Source: Escherichia phage p000y
DNA: 64,000 bases
Sequence record: MK047718.1
Strand: one strand, 5' to 3'
Part shown: positions 51,775-61,503 of the stretch, piece by piece
How positions within the stretch are numbered: the stretch's first letter is position 1
Layout of the letters: each line of letters begins with the position of its first letter
Program-made: the position numbers and the translations under genes
Notes under the pieces: generated by a model
Told to the model about the DNA's origin: nothing
Seen by the model: only the letters and a program-made list of their open reading frames with translations
Database searches by the model: none

Positions 51775-52506
51775 TTACCTTAAACGGCCTTTAACATATC
51801 CATCTGGGATGGATAACGGATTTACTAATTTATTTATAGCCCCGTTATTTACCCATATTCTGCCGGTGGTCGTAGGTTTTACTTCACAACCCTTTCTAGA
51901 TTTTCTATTAAGTTGGACCATTCCTTTTACAAATCCTTCAGGCATCGGGTCCTCGGCTGATATAAATCTGTTTTCTTTACCGTTGTTAACACAAATTTTA
52001 TTTAGAGTTGTAGGATTTTTAGGACCTTTAATTTTATCAATCTTTGGCTTTCCTGTACCATACCGCCCGTGGCATGTTGGGTCTTCAGAGTATCGACGTT
52101 TATTTGTTTCAGATAGTTTTCTTTTTGTTTCTTCCGATCTGTGTTTTCCTAAAAGATTATGACCAAGCCTCTTTATTCGTTCTTTAGCACTATTAGACAT
52201 TTTAATCTTATCAGCTTCGGTGTACTTATACCTTCCACCTTCACCGCCTTGGCGCATATTATAATACTCGTTAGATTTGACCAAATCCTCTGTTACTAAC
52301 TGAGCTTCGTATTCTAAAGCTTCAGCGGAAGTTTCAAATTGTTTAATTATTGAACGTTTAAATGATTCTTCTCCGTATTTTTTGATAGCGCGATTTAAGG
52401 CAACACCTGACCCTAGATACGAATCATTTAAATTTTCTGTAGAATGTTTGCCAATGTACTTTTTACCATTGATTAAATTTACGGTCTCATAAACAAAGTG
52501 ATACAT
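51775..52506 (-). CDS. GIY-YIG homing endonuclease (Seg-like, likely segE equivalent)
   Basis: GIY-YIG motif YHFVYETVNLINGKKYIGKHST at N-terminus; basic C-terminal DNA-binding region; start uncertain (52506, 52518 or 52557); late-promoter-like TATTTATA upstream. Confidence 0.7.
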   Translation of the reverse strand: MYHFVYETVNLINGKKYIGKHSTENLNDSYLGSGVALNRAIKKYGEESFKRSIIKQFETSAEALEYEAQLVTEDLVKSNEYYNMRQGGEGGRYKYTEADKIKMSNSAKERIKRLGHNLLGKHRSEETKRKLSETNKRRYSEDPTCHGRYGTGKPKIDKIKGPKNPTTLNKICVNNGKENRFISAEDPMPEGFVKGMVQLNRKSRKGCEVKPTTTGRIWVNNGAINKLVNPLSIPDGYVKGRLR

Positions 52507-52555
52507 ACTCTTTTCCATGTAATAAATATAGTTATATTTATAATGAGGAAATATC

Positions 52556-53224
52556 ATGATCGATAAAGACTATATTGAAGAGTTACGTGCTCTTTCTGAT
52601 AAAAAGGAAGCCAAAGCTAAACTGTTCGAATATGCGAAACAATTTGGCATTAGTGTTAAGAAAACAAAATCATTCGATAATATTGTTATTGATATCGAAG
52701 AAGCTCTTAACGCACTGGCTGATGAACCATTACCTGAAACCGATGGATTATCTATCACCGATTTAATTACTGCCGCAGATGATGTGGACGGTGTTAATTT
52801 CACCAACGAAGAAGTTAAAGAAGAAGCTATTCTGTTGTTTGATTCTCCAACAGAACAAGTTGAAGTATTAGAAGTTGTCGAACAAGAAAAAGAATTCGAC
52901 CATGATAAATTCGAAGAAGCAATTACTCAGGTTGTTGAATCCGAAAAAGAGTCTGAGACAGAGGTAAATAAAGAAGTAAAATTTGTTCTGCCTGAAAATT
53001 TTAGTCCTACACTCATTAAATTAGGCAAAGCCCCAGGATATGTTACTGTTCCTTGGTGGATTTATCAATGGATAGCCGAAACCCCAGATTGGAAATCTCG
53101 TCCAACCAGTTTTGTGCACGCTTCTGCTCACCAAACATTATTTAGCTTAATTTATTATATTAATCGCGATGGATCAGTTCTAATTCGTGAAACTCGTAAT
53201 TCTTCTTTCGTAACATTAAAATAA
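52556..53224 (+). CDS. inh: Inh-like protein (putative inhibitor of prohead protease)
   Basis: 222 aa; position immediately upstream of hoc as in T4; very acidic central region. Confidence 0.55.
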   Translation: MIDKDYIEELRALSDKKEAKAKLFEYAKQFGISVKKTKSFDNIVIDIEEALNALADEPLPETDGLSITDLITAADDVDGVNFTNEEVKEEAILLFDSPTEQVEVLEVVEQEKEFDHDKFEEAITQVVESEKESETEVNKEVKFVLPENFSPTLIKLGKAPGYVTVPWWIYQWIAETPDWKSRPTSFVHASAHQTLFSLIYYINRDGSVLIRETRNSSFVTLK

Positions 53225-53233
53225 GGATAACTT

Positions 53234-54364
53234 ATGGCTTTTACAGTTGATATAACTCCTAAAACACCTACTGGAGTTATAGATGAGACTAAGCAGTTTA
53301 CTGCTGCACCCAGTGGTCAAACTGAAGGTGGAACTATTACCTATGCGTGGAGTGTAGACGATGCTCCTCAAGTAGGATCGGCAGAAACTTTTGATTACGT
53401 GTTAAAAGGACCTGCTGGAACAAAAACAATTAAAGTTGTTGCAACAAATACTATTCCTGATACTGACGCTGAAACAGCAGAAATTACTACGACTATCACG
53501 GTTAAAAATAAAACTCAGTCAACTACGTTGGCAGTAACTCCCAATAGTCCTTCAGCTGGAGTAATTGGAACTCCAGTTCAATTTACTGCTGCCTTAGCTT
53601 CTCAACCGGCTGGAGCGTCTGCTACGTATCAGTGGTATGTAGATGATTCACAGGTTGGCGGAGAAACTAACTCTACATTTAGCTATACTCCAACTACAAG
53701 TGGAGTAAAAAGAATTAAATGTGTAGCCCAAGTAACTGCGACAGATTATGATGCAAAGGAAGTTACTTCGAATGAAGTATCATTAACGGTTAATAAGAAG
53801 ACAATGAATCCACAGGTTACATTGACTCCTCCTTCTATTAGCGTTCAGCAAGATGCTTCGGCTACATTTACGGCTAATGTTACGGATGCTCCAGAAGAAG
53901 CGCAAATTGCGTATTCATGGAAGAAAGATTCTTCTCCTGTAGAAGGGACAACTAATGTATATACCGTTGATACCTCGTCTATTGGAAGTCAAACTATTGA
54001 AGTTACTGCAACTATTACTGCAACTGATTACGATAGCAAAACTATTACAGCAGAAGGTCAAGTTCAAGTAACCGATAAAGTTGCTCCAGAACCAGAAGGT
54101 GAATTACCTTATGTCCATCCTCTTCCACATCGTACTTCAGCTTACATCTGGTGCGGTTGGTGGGTTATGGATGAAATCCAAAAAATGACTGAAGAAGGTA
54201 AAGATTGGAAAACTGAAGATCCAGATAGTAAATACTACCTGCATCGTTACACTCTTCAGAAGATGATGAAAGACTATCCGGAAGTTGATGTTCAAGAATC
54301 ACGTAATGGATACATCATCCATAAAACTGCTTTGGAAACTGGTATCATCTATACATATCCATAA
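53234..54364 (+). CDS. hoc: Hoc, highly immunogenic outer capsid protein
   Basis: 376 aa; tandem Ig-like domains with repeated T-Y-x-W and V-x-A-T motifs. Confidence 0.85.
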   Translation: MAFTVDITPKTPTGVIDETKQFTAAPSGQTEGGTITYAWSVDDAPQVGSAETFDYVLKGPAGTKTIKVVATNTIPDTDAETAEITTTITVKNKTQSTTLAVTPNSPSAGVIGTPVQFTAALASQPAGASATYQWYVDDSQVGGETNSTFSYTPTTSGVKRIKCVAQVTATDYDAKEVTSNEVSLTVNKKTMNPQVTLTPPSISVQQDASATFTANVTDAPEEAQIAYSWKKDSSPVEGTTNVYTVDTSSIGSQTIEVTATITATDYDSKTITAEGQVQVTDKVAPEPEGELPYVHPLPHRTSAYIWCGWWVMDEIQKMTEEGKDWKTEDPDSKYYLHRYTLQKMMKDYPEVDVQESRNGYIIHKTALETGIIYTYP

Positions 54365-54370
54365 TCGTAA

Positions 54371-54397
54371 GGGGCTTCGGCCCCTTTCTTCGTTTTT
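54371..54397 (+). terminator. Terminator GGGGCTTCGGCCCC + T-rich
   Basis: Hairpin with TTCG loop followed by TTTCTTCGTTTTT. Confidence 0.6.
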
Positions 54398-54459
54398 AAA
54401 GCATACAAAACACAACTTGAGATTGATGTATATAATGGCACAAACCAAATAATACGGGA

Positions 54460-54660
54460 TTGATTATGAGAGCTGAAGTTGAAGTTTATACATTACATGA
54501 GGCGGGATTTTCATTCGTAGAAATTGCTCAAAAAATTGGTTTACAACCTAAAGAAGTTGGATTACTATGGACTAAAGCCGAGACAGCTCGGTCAAAGTTT
54601 AAAGCAAAAGAAAAAGTTGTATACCGTAAACGTTTGATTAACAAAAAGGTGAAGAAATGA
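54460..54660 (+). CDS. Hypothetical protein (66 aa)
   Basis: ORF. Confidence 0.5.
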   Translation: MIMRAEVEVYTLHEAGFSFVEIAQKIGLQPKEVGLLWTKAETARSKFKAKEKVVYRKRLINKKVKK

Positions 54661-54908
54661 GTTTTGCACAGGAATTAAGAGAAAGGGCACTGGCCACTAA
54701 AGCTAATTTGTTGAGTGATTTTATTACTAACTTCTCTGTGATGGCAGAGAAAGCCGCTGACAAAGGCCAGACACAATTCACGTACTACCCGTCAAAGAAC
54801 GATTTAACTATAACTGAACAAGTCGGTCAATGGCTTCGTGATAACGGCTTTCAGTACAAAATTAATCACGACCAGCGTGATGGTCATTGGATAGAAATCA
54901 AGTTCTAA
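54657..54908 (+). CDS. Hypothetical protein (83 aa)
   Basis: ORF. Confidence 0.5.
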   Translation: MSFAQELRERALATKANLLSDFITNFSVMAEKAADKGQTQFTYYPSKNDLTITEQVGQWLRDNGFQYKINHDQRDGHWIEIKF

Positions 54909-54937
54909 TATGCTTTACATTTTTTGATGGTATAATG
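54908..54937 (+). promoter_or_regulatory. Candidate MotA-dependent middle promoter (Mot box TGCTTTA + 13 nt + TATAAT)
   Basis: TATGCTTTACATTTTTTGATGGTATAAT upstream of rnlB. Confidence 0.4.
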
Positions 54938-55027
54938 AATCTAGGTTCTATCCATTCAAATTAAACATCTGGTCAGAGACAGAGTCTCTGCTAATTATTT
55001 TGATATTATTATTTATAATGGTGATTT

Positions 55028-56026
55028 ATGTTTAAGAAATACAGCAGTCTTGAAAACCACTACAACTCTAAGTTTATTGAAAAACTCTACACTAATGGTT
55101 TGACTACTGGTGTTTGGGTAGCACGTGAGAAAATCCACGGGACTAACTTCTCGTTAATAATTGAACGTGACAACGTCACATGCGCCAAGCGCACAGGCCC
55201 TATTCTTCCAGCAGAAGATTTTTATGGTTATGAAATTGTACTCAAGAAGTATGATAAAGCTATTAAAGCCGTTCAGGAATTCATGTACACAGCTCGAGCC
55301 GTATCATATCAAGTATTCGGTGAATTCGCTGGTGGTGGAATCCAGAAAGGTGTTGACTACGGTGAAAAAGATTTTTATGTGTTCGATATCCTTATCAATA
55401 CAGAAAGTGGTGATAATACGTATTTGACCGATTACGAAATGCAAGATTTCTGTAATGAATTCGGTTTTAAAATGGCACCAATGCTTGGTCGTGGCACATT
55501 TGATGCTCTTATCATGATTCCAAACGACCTTGATTCCGTCTTAGCCGCTTATAATGCTACTGCGTCAGAAGACCTTGTAGAAGCAAATAATTGTGTATTT
55601 GATGCTAATGTTATTGGAGATAATACGGCAGAAGGTTATGTTCTGAAGCCTTGTTTCCCTAAATGGCTGCCAAACGGTACTCGTGTAGCTATTAAGTGCA
55701 AGAACTCTAAATTCAGTGAAAAGAAAAAGTCTGATAAGCCTATTAAAACTCAGGTTCCATTAACCGAAATTGACAAAAACTTGCTTGATGTTCTAGCTTG
55801 TTATGTTACATTAAATCGTGTTAATAATGTGATTTCTAAGATTGGGACTGTAACGCCAAAAGATTTTGGCAAAGTGATGGGATTGACTGTTCAAGATATT
55901 CTGGAAGAAACTTCTCGTGAAGGTATTGTATTAACATCATCCGATAATCCGAATCTTGTTAAGAAAGAATTAGTCCGAATGGTGCAAGATGTTCTGCGTC
56001 CTGCATGGATTGAATTAGTATCATAA
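55028..56026 (+). CDS. rnlB: RNA ligase 2
   Basis: 332 aa; nucleotidyltransferase motif I EKIHGTN; size as T4 Rnl2. Confidence 0.85.
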   Translation: MFKKYSSLENHYNSKFIEKLYTNGLTTGVWVAREKIHGTNFSLIIERDNVTCAKRTGPILPAEDFYGYEIVLKKYDKAIKAVQEFMYTARAVSYQVFGEFAGGGIQKGVDYGEKDFYVFDILINTESGDNTYLTDYEMQDFCNEFGFKMAPMLGRGTFDALIMIPNDLDSVLAAYNATASEDLVEANNCVFDANVIGDNTAEGYVLKPCFPKWLPNGTRVAIKCKNSKFSEKKKSDKPIKTQVPLTEIDKNLLDVLACYVTLNRVNNVISKIGTVTPKDFGKVMGLTVQDILEETSREGIVLTSSDNPNLVKKELVRMVQDVLRPAWIELVS

Positions 56027-56028
56027 CG

Positions 56029-56058
56029 AAAAAGGGACCGTAAGGTCCCTTTTTTTTT
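56029..56058. terminator. Bidirectional terminator GGGACC-GTAA-GGTCCC flanked by A-run/T-run
   Basis: Between convergent rnlB and gene 24. Confidence 0.65.
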
Positions 56059-56061
56059 CAT

Positions 56062-57345
56062 TTATTCATCTATAATAATTTTAGGCAATTTAACACCGAG
56101 TAAAACAGACAAGTCTGAACGTCCCGCCATTTTATCCATGTCCCCGCCATCAATTACTCTCGCTTCTTTTTCATCTTTTGCTACTGTGTAAGGATTTGCT
56201 GATAAAGCATATCTAACCAATAATCCAATAGACGGTTGCAAGCTTTCCGGATCAACTACAACTTTAAATGCACCAACATGTTCCGGGTCATCTAAATCTA
56301 CTCCTTCAGTGTATGGAGCATAAAAGATGGACCCTACAATTTCTTTTTCGCCGATATTTTCTACAACACCCACAATAACATAATCTAATGGACTGTTGGT
56401 ATCGCAGTAAAGAGGTAATCCATTTGCCAAGAATCCATAAGCATTTTGTGAAAGATACTTGTCATCTTCTGGCTTATGTTTTAACCAACCAGAAGCAGCA
56501 AGAATAGCAGCTGCACGAGCTGAGGCTACACAAAACGTTGCAGTATAAGTTGTCTCTTTTTGAATGTGTGATACCATTTCACACACCATTCGATATAATG
56601 AACGACCTGCTTCTGGAGCGGATGCATAGCTCAAGTCAATAAATCCGGTGTCAGTAATTCCAGTAACTTTATAACGTTTCGATACAGTAATTAAAGACTG
56701 AAGAATATCTTTATTAATTTCATCAGCCATTTCAGTAGCAAGCAAATCTTCTAAGAAGTTAGGGGCATCAAATCCATTCGCTTCCAAATCTTGCGCTAAT
56801 TCAACCGTGAGGCCAGTTTTAAGTTTACGAGATTTGACTGAAGTTTGCCATTTATTAATCTGGAATCTTGCATCAGAAATTTCGCTATCAGAGCTTTCAA
56901 ATTTGCTTGTTACCGCTGCATCTGAAAATAACCGTACCTTTAAATGAACGACTGCAATCTGAAGAGCTAATTCTAGATCACTTTCTTGAATATCTGCAAA
57001 TGGTGTATCTTCTAACACTTTATAGACGATATTATTATATTTGAAAAAATCACCTTTATTTAGTGTGACTTTTGATTCTTCTGTGAGCTCAGTAATTTTT
57101 TCTCGGTCTACATATCCAACTTCGCCAGCATAAGTAGCACCGGTTTTAAATGTGAATTCGTTATCTGGGTTAAGATATTTGATACCATAAAAAGCAGCAA
57201 CAGGTTGATTAGTTCTTTGTGTTGCTACAATGTCAGAATATACTAATTTAGTCGTAGCGCGAGTCAAAGCAACGAGATTTGGGCGACCAATTGAGTTGCT
57301 AGTAGACGTTGTAGATTCACGCAATAATTTTTGGATTTTACTCAT
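56062..57345 (-). CDS. 24: gp24 head vertex protein
   Basis: 427 aa (T4 gp24 is 427 aa); shares the gp23-like fold (FQINKWQTS, LAQDL). Confidence 0.9.
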   Translation of the reverse strand: MSKIQKLLRESTTSTSNSIGRPNLVALTRATTKLVYSDIVATQRTNQPVAAFYGIKYLNPDNEFTFKTGATYAGEVGYVDREKITELTEESKVTLNKGDFFKYNNIVYKVLEDTPFADIQESDLELALQIAVVHLKVRLFSDAAVTSKFESSDSEISDARFQINKWQTSVKSRKLKTGLTVELAQDLEANGFDAPNFLEDLLATEMADEINKDILQSLITVSKRYKVTGITDTGFIDLSYASAPEAGRSLYRMVCEMVSHIQKETTYTATFCVASARAAAILAASGWLKHKPEDDKYLSQNAYGFLANGLPLYCDTNSPLDYVIVGVVENIGEKEIVGSIFYAPYTEGVDLDDPEHVGAFKVVVDPESLQPSIGLLVRYALSANPYTVAKDEKEARVIDGGDMDKMAGRSDLSVLLGVKLPKIIIDE

Positions 57346-57372
57346 TGCATTTTTTCCTTATGTGATATAGAT

Positions 57373-57380
57373 TATTTATA
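57373..57380 (-). promoter_or_regulatory. Late promoter TATAAATA for gene 24
   Basis: Plus strand TATTTATA about 28 nt upstream of gene 24 start. Confidence 0.55.
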
Positions 57381-57386
57381 AAGATT

Positions 57387-57416
57387 GTTTACAACGTATT
57401 TGGTATGTGATACTAT
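57387..57416 (+). promoter_or_regulatory. Early promoter (GTTTACA ... TGTGATACTAT)
   Basis: Upstream of ORF 57447. Confidence 0.5.
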
Positions 57417-57446
57417 AGACTTATCAACTACAGAGGAGTAAACAAA

Positions 57447-57716
57447 ATGACTAAAGCACGTTTCTTACGAGATACTTTAAAAGTTCTGGAAGCTGAAGCA
57501 GTTAAGTTAGTAGAAAAATATGGTGCAAAAGTTAATGGTAATGCCTTCAACAAAGTATGGATGAAAGTTGATTCTGAAGCTCGAGCTAAAGGTTATTGGG
57601 CCACTGATAAACTTGCATCATTCAAAAACAAAGATGGTTCTCCGGCATATGTCCAAGAAGGTATGCCTAATTGGCAAAATATTTTGAAAACTTACATCGA
57701 AATTGCACAGAAATAA
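57447..57716 (+). CDS. Hypothetical protein (89 aa) in the gene 24-23 intergenic cassette
   Basis: ORF with RBS GAGGAG and its own early promoter. Confidence 0.55.
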   Translation: MTKARFLRDTLKVLEAEAVKLVEKYGAKVNGNAFNKVWMKVDSEARAKGYWATDKLASFKNKDGSPAYVQEGMPNWQNILKTYIEIAQK

Positions 57717-57720
57717 AACC

Positions 57721-57744
57721 AAAAATGGGAGACCGAAGTCTCCC
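57721..57744 (-). terminator. Terminator GGGAGACTTCGGTCTCCC + T-run after gene 23
   Basis: Perfect hairpin and T-run on minus strand just past the major capsid gene stop. Confidence 0.65.
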
Positions 57745-57768
57745 AAAATAAGATTTAATCAATTAAGA

Positions 57769-59337
57769 TTAGATGCCTTTTACATATACACGGCGGAAGT
57801 AAGCGTTCTTACCAAGGCTGTTCAGGATAGATGGCATACCGGACTGGATGCGAGCACCTGGAGCCTGCAGGGAACTTTCAGCAAACGGGTTAACACCGAT
57901 ACCGTAACGAGTTTTAAAGCCCATTACCGGTTGGAAGTTCTTAGGATCGGAACCACGCAGTGGGGTAAGTGCAACGTAAGGAGCATAGTAAATACCTGCA
58001 TCCATTTCGTTAGCGCCTTTGTAACCAACGGTGAAGTAATCCTGTTTAGCATACTGGTCGATGTATACGCGGTATTTACCACCAAGTACACCGGCAAATA
58101 CAGATTTAGTAGTGTCGGTATTAAAACCAGAAGCCAGGCCCTGTGCAGCGTAAGAAATACCAGTATCAACTGAAGCCAGTACGTTAACTACGTTACGGGA
58201 AGCGATAATGAAGTTACCTTCACCACGTCCGGTTTGACGAGCAATTTCAACTGCTTCTTTATCAATCTGGAACAACAGAGATTTAAAGCTTTCACCGGCC
58301 CAACGAGCACCACGGATATCAATCGGGTCCTGGAAGTCAAATACACCGGCTTTAGAACCCGGAGTCAGGGTCATACCAGATTTACCAACCTGTGCAGAGT
58401 AGTTAATCCAATCAACAACTTCACGGTTGATTTCTAGCATAATTTCCGTAGCCAGAATACCGCTCAGTTCAGCATCAGCATCCATACCGTGTACTGCACG
58501 GAGGTCTTGTGCTAATTCGATAGAGTAAGCAGCTTTCAGCTGGCGAGATTTAGCTTCGATAACTTGTTTATCGATACGGAAGCCCATTTCATTCCATGGG
58601 TTATCGGTAGAACCGTTGAAACCTTCCTGGAGTTCAGCGATAGAAGTAGCCATACCTTCAGCGATTTCTACCAGTGCACCAGCTTCCATTTGTTTCTTAA
58701 CTTCTGCATCTAATTTAGCTGCATCAGTTGCACCAGAATCAAGTGTTACGACAGCAGAAGCTTGCAGATATACAGTACCAGTTTCTTGGAAGAAGTGAGT
58801 ATAGATATCACCTACAACAGTAGTAGTGTCAGCAGCCAGAGCTGGGAATTTCTTAGCAGCACCCTGACCAGAGAACATCGCGTCTGGGGCATACATCGGA
58901 TGGAAAGCTTCTTTAGCGCCAGCAGCGATAGGGTCTTTACCATATACTGCACGGAGAGCAAATACCTGACCGGTAGGGCTGTTCATAGGCTGAACACCAC
59001 AAATATCAAAAGCGATCAGATTAGGAATAGCACGACGAACCATACCCATAACTGCCGGCCCAATTTGGGTTACTGCACCAGAGGTTTGACCTGCTGCGAT
59101 GTTCTGAGCATTATAACCGTGGTCACCACCAATTTCAGCTTCGGTCAAGAAAGAACCAAATGCCTGAGCGATTTTCTCGTCTTTATATTCAGGGGATACT
59201 TCGAAATCTTTTTCCTGGTTTTCGAAGATTTTAGCGATAATAGCCTGCTTGCTATTAGCGATTTCCGGCAGGCCTTCACCTTCCAGCAGTTCTTTCCATT
59301 TGTCTACGAGCTGAGCTTTAGTTTTGATAGTAGTCAT
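57769..59337 (-). CDS. 23: gp23 major capsid protein
   Basis: 522 aa; HK97-fold T4 MCP; size matches. Confidence 0.95.
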   Translation of the reverse strand: MTTIKTKAQLVDKWKELLEGEGLPEIANSKQAIIAKIFENQEKDFEVSPEYKDEKIAQAFGSFLTEAEIGGDHGYNAQNIAAGQTSGAVTQIGPAVMGMVRRAIPNLIAFDICGVQPMNSPTGQVFALRAVYGKDPIAAGAKEAFHPMYAPDAMFSGQGAAKKFPALAADTTTVVGDIYTHFFQETGTVYLQASAVVTLDSGATDAAKLDAEVKKQMEAGALVEIAEGMATSIAELQEGFNGSTDNPWNEMGFRIDKQVIEAKSRQLKAAYSIELAQDLRAVHGMDADAELSGILATEIMLEINREVVDWINYSAQVGKSGMTLTPGSKAGVFDFQDPIDIRGARWAGESFKSLLFQIDKEAVEIARQTGRGEGNFIIASRNVVNVLASVDTGISYAAQGLASGFNTDTTKSVFAGVLGGKYRVYIDQYAKQDYFTVGYKGANEMDAGIYYAPYVALTPLRGSDPKNFQPVMGFKTRYGIGVNPFAESSLQAPGARIQSGMPSILNSLGKNAYFRRVYVKGI

Positions 59338-59354
59338 TTGTGTTAACCTTTAAA

Positions 59355-60167
59355 TTAGAAACGAGATGCGACTTTCGCATATAAACTTACATTAGAATTC
59401 TGTTCTACCTGAGTTGTGGTAGTGTCAACTGCTTCGGCAACAAAATTAAGACCGGCAGCGTCATTGTCAACTGTATTTATACTTTCGGTAATAGCGGCTT
59501 CTTCTTTAGTAGAACCTTTAACCATTTCTACAATAGCAGTTAACTTAGTACCAAATGCGTCAGAATAATCCATACCTTCAACCAGGCCAATAACTTTTTC
59601 TTTCTGAGATTCAGTCAGGTCTTTTACGCTTTCATTAATAGCGGTTTCACGCTGAACGTAATTGATATATGCATCACGTTTGGTAACTTCTTCGAACAAA
59701 CGAGCGGTTTCTTCTTTATGTTCGGCCAGCTCTTCTTCCATTTCTGCTACAACATCTACAGATTCTTCTGGAACAACAACGTTATGTTCAACAAACAGTT
59801 CTTTCAGACCACCAAGCATGGATTCGAACAAATCAGCTTTAATGCCTTTATCAACTGCGATTTGGTTTTCTGCGAGCCATTCTTTTGCAAGATGGTCTAG
59901 GAATTTAGAAGCTTGTTCAGCCAATTTTTTATCAGCTTTCTCTTCAGCATCTTCTTTAGCCTTTTCAACTTCTTCTTCGGCCTTTTCGGCGATGGCTTTG
60001 ATATGAGATTCAGCCAGTTTGACTGCTTCCTGCTTAACGGTGGCTTCGAATACAGTGCTGAAATTAGCTTTAACGTCCGGAGACAGTTCTACTGATTCGA
60101 AAACACTATTAAGAGCAACTGAAGTCTCGATGTTCTGAGCTTCTTTCAAAAGTTGTTCTTTGATCAT
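59355..60167 (-). CDS. 22: gp22 prohead core scaffold protein
   Basis: 270 aa; highly charged, helical, Glu/Lys-rich. Confidence 0.85.
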   Translation of the reverse strand: MIKEQLLKEAQNIETSVALNSVFESVELSPDVKANFSTVFEATVKQEAVKLAESHIKAIAEKAEEEVEKAKEDAEEKADKKLAEQASKFLDHLAKEWLAENQIAVDKGIKADLFESMLGGLKELFVEHNVVVPEESVDVVAEMEEELAEHKEETARLFEEVTKRDAYINYVQRETAINESVKDLTESQKEKVIGLVEGMDYSDAFGTKLTAIVEMVKGSTKEEAAITESINTVDNDAAGLNFVAEAVDTTTTQVEQNSNVSLYAKVASRF

Positions 60168-60200
60168 TTTAGTGTCCTGTGGTTTAGATTACATTATTAT

Positions 60201-60842
60201 TTATAATGCTTTTAAACTCTCTGCGAGAGCTTTAAATGCTTCATCAGCACTGTTTTTGGTGGTTTCCACCGAATTTTCTGATTCTGATATTTGTTTAGGA
60301 GTAACCCAAGCATCTGGAGCAGAAGGTCCCCATACGGCATCTACGCCGACGGTTAATTTAAATCCTTCGTTCACGATACGGTACCCTTTATTGGTGTCGG
60401 TTAAAGAACCAAGACCACGAGAGGAAACACCTGGAATCCAACCAGCTCGTATATTAGCAGCTAATTTATCACCGGGACCATGGTCGCCTTCAATAATTCT
60501 AGCACGTCCATATACATCGTTTCCTTTCCACCACATATCTTCAATAATGATAGCGGCTTGCATAGGGTCAACATTTGCACGAGGTGGATGGTTTAATTCT
60601 CCAAGGGCTTGTTTGGTTGCGACTTGTTCTTTAATATAGTCACTTACTGCTTTTTCCAAAACGCGTTTAGGATATAAACGTTTATTTCGGTTAACAACCT
60701 CTGCCTGAAGAAAAATACCTTCTATATAAAGCCCTGGTTTTAAGCCAGAATCTTTTCCATCATGAGATTCCAACATTGGAACGCCATCAATAATCTCACC
60801 GGGTTGACCCCAAGTTTCAATAAGTAACTCGGGTTTATTCAT
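60201..60842 (-). CDS. 21: gp21 prohead protease
   Basis: 213 aa; size and position. Confidence 0.85.
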   Translation of the reverse strand: MNKPELLIETWGQPGEIIDGVPMLESHDGKDSGLKPGLYIEGIFLQAEVVNRNKRLYPKRVLEKAVSDYIKEQVATKQALGELNHPPRANVDPMQAAIIIEDMWWKGNDVYGRARIIEGDHGPGDKLAANIRAGWIPGVSSRGLGSLTDTNKGYRIVNEGFKLTVGVDAVWGPSAPDAWVTPKQISESENSVETTKNSADEAFKALAESLKAL

Positions 60843-61267
60843 TAGCTTAATCCTAATGCTTTACGACGTTTAAGAGCCTTTTTACGCTTACGCAAGCCTT
60901 TAACTTGGCCTGAAGGGTTAGCTTTTTTAGCTTTAACGACCTTACGAGCGATTTGTCTACGTTTTGCTTTAGAAAGACCAGTGGTTTGGAACGCGTTACG
61001 TTCACGAGTTTTACGGTCTTTAGTGCGGGTGACTTCACCACGAGAAGAAACATGTTTAACGATAAACTCATTTAACTGTTCTTCATTAATAATGGAAGCC
61101 ATTGCAACAGCTAAATCCGTTTCAGTTTCAAGCATGTTCTCGATAATAGTATTTATATCGTCAATATCGAGAGCAGAAGACAATGCATCGATTCGGCCCT
61201 GTGCTTCAGGAATAAGTGCTTCGACATTTTCGAGTACCAATTCATAAGATTCAGGGATAAGATACAT
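60842..61267 (-). CDS. 68: gp68 prohead core protein
   Basis: 141 aa; position between 67 and 21. Confidence 0.7.
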   Translation of the reverse strand: MYLIPESYELVLENVEALIPEAQGRIDALSSALDIDDINTIIENMLETETDLAVAMASIINEEQLNEFIVKHVSSRGEVTRTKDRKTRERNAFQTTGLSKAKRRQIARKVVKAKKANPSGQVKGLRKRKKALKRRKALGLS

Positions 61268-61503
61268 TATTCGTCGTCCTCATCATCTTCGTCTTCGTCG
61301 TCATCGCCTTCATCAGCGTCGTCTTCCGAAGCTTTAGCTTTCTTTTCTTCTTCAGGTTCTTCGCCTTCAATCAAAAATTGAGAAGCGATTTCTGCTTTGC
61401 GTGCTTCAATCAAACGAACCGCTTTTTCTGCCATTGCACTTTCAAAAAACTTTCGAGTAGCAACGAGGTCGTTTGATTTAATAGCTTGAATTAAATCGTC
61501 CAT
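61267..61503 (-). CDS. 67: gp67 prohead core protein
   Basis: 78 aa; acidic C-terminal tail; position after gene 20. Confidence 0.7.
   Translation of the reverse strand: MDDLIQAIKSNDLVATRKFFESAMAEKAVRLIEARKAEIASQFLIEGEEPEEEKKAKASEDDADEGDDDEDEDDEDDE

Noticed and set aside
58762-59346. 194-aa ORF antisense to the major capsid gene 23
   Set aside because: Antisense to the most highly conserved and expressed late gene; Ser/Thr/Cys-rich low-complexity translation.
59662-60006. 114-aa Ser/Ala-rich ORF antisense to gene 22
   Set aside because: Mirror-image artefact of the Glu/Lys-rich scaffold gene (GAA/AAA codons read as TTC/TTT on the other strand).
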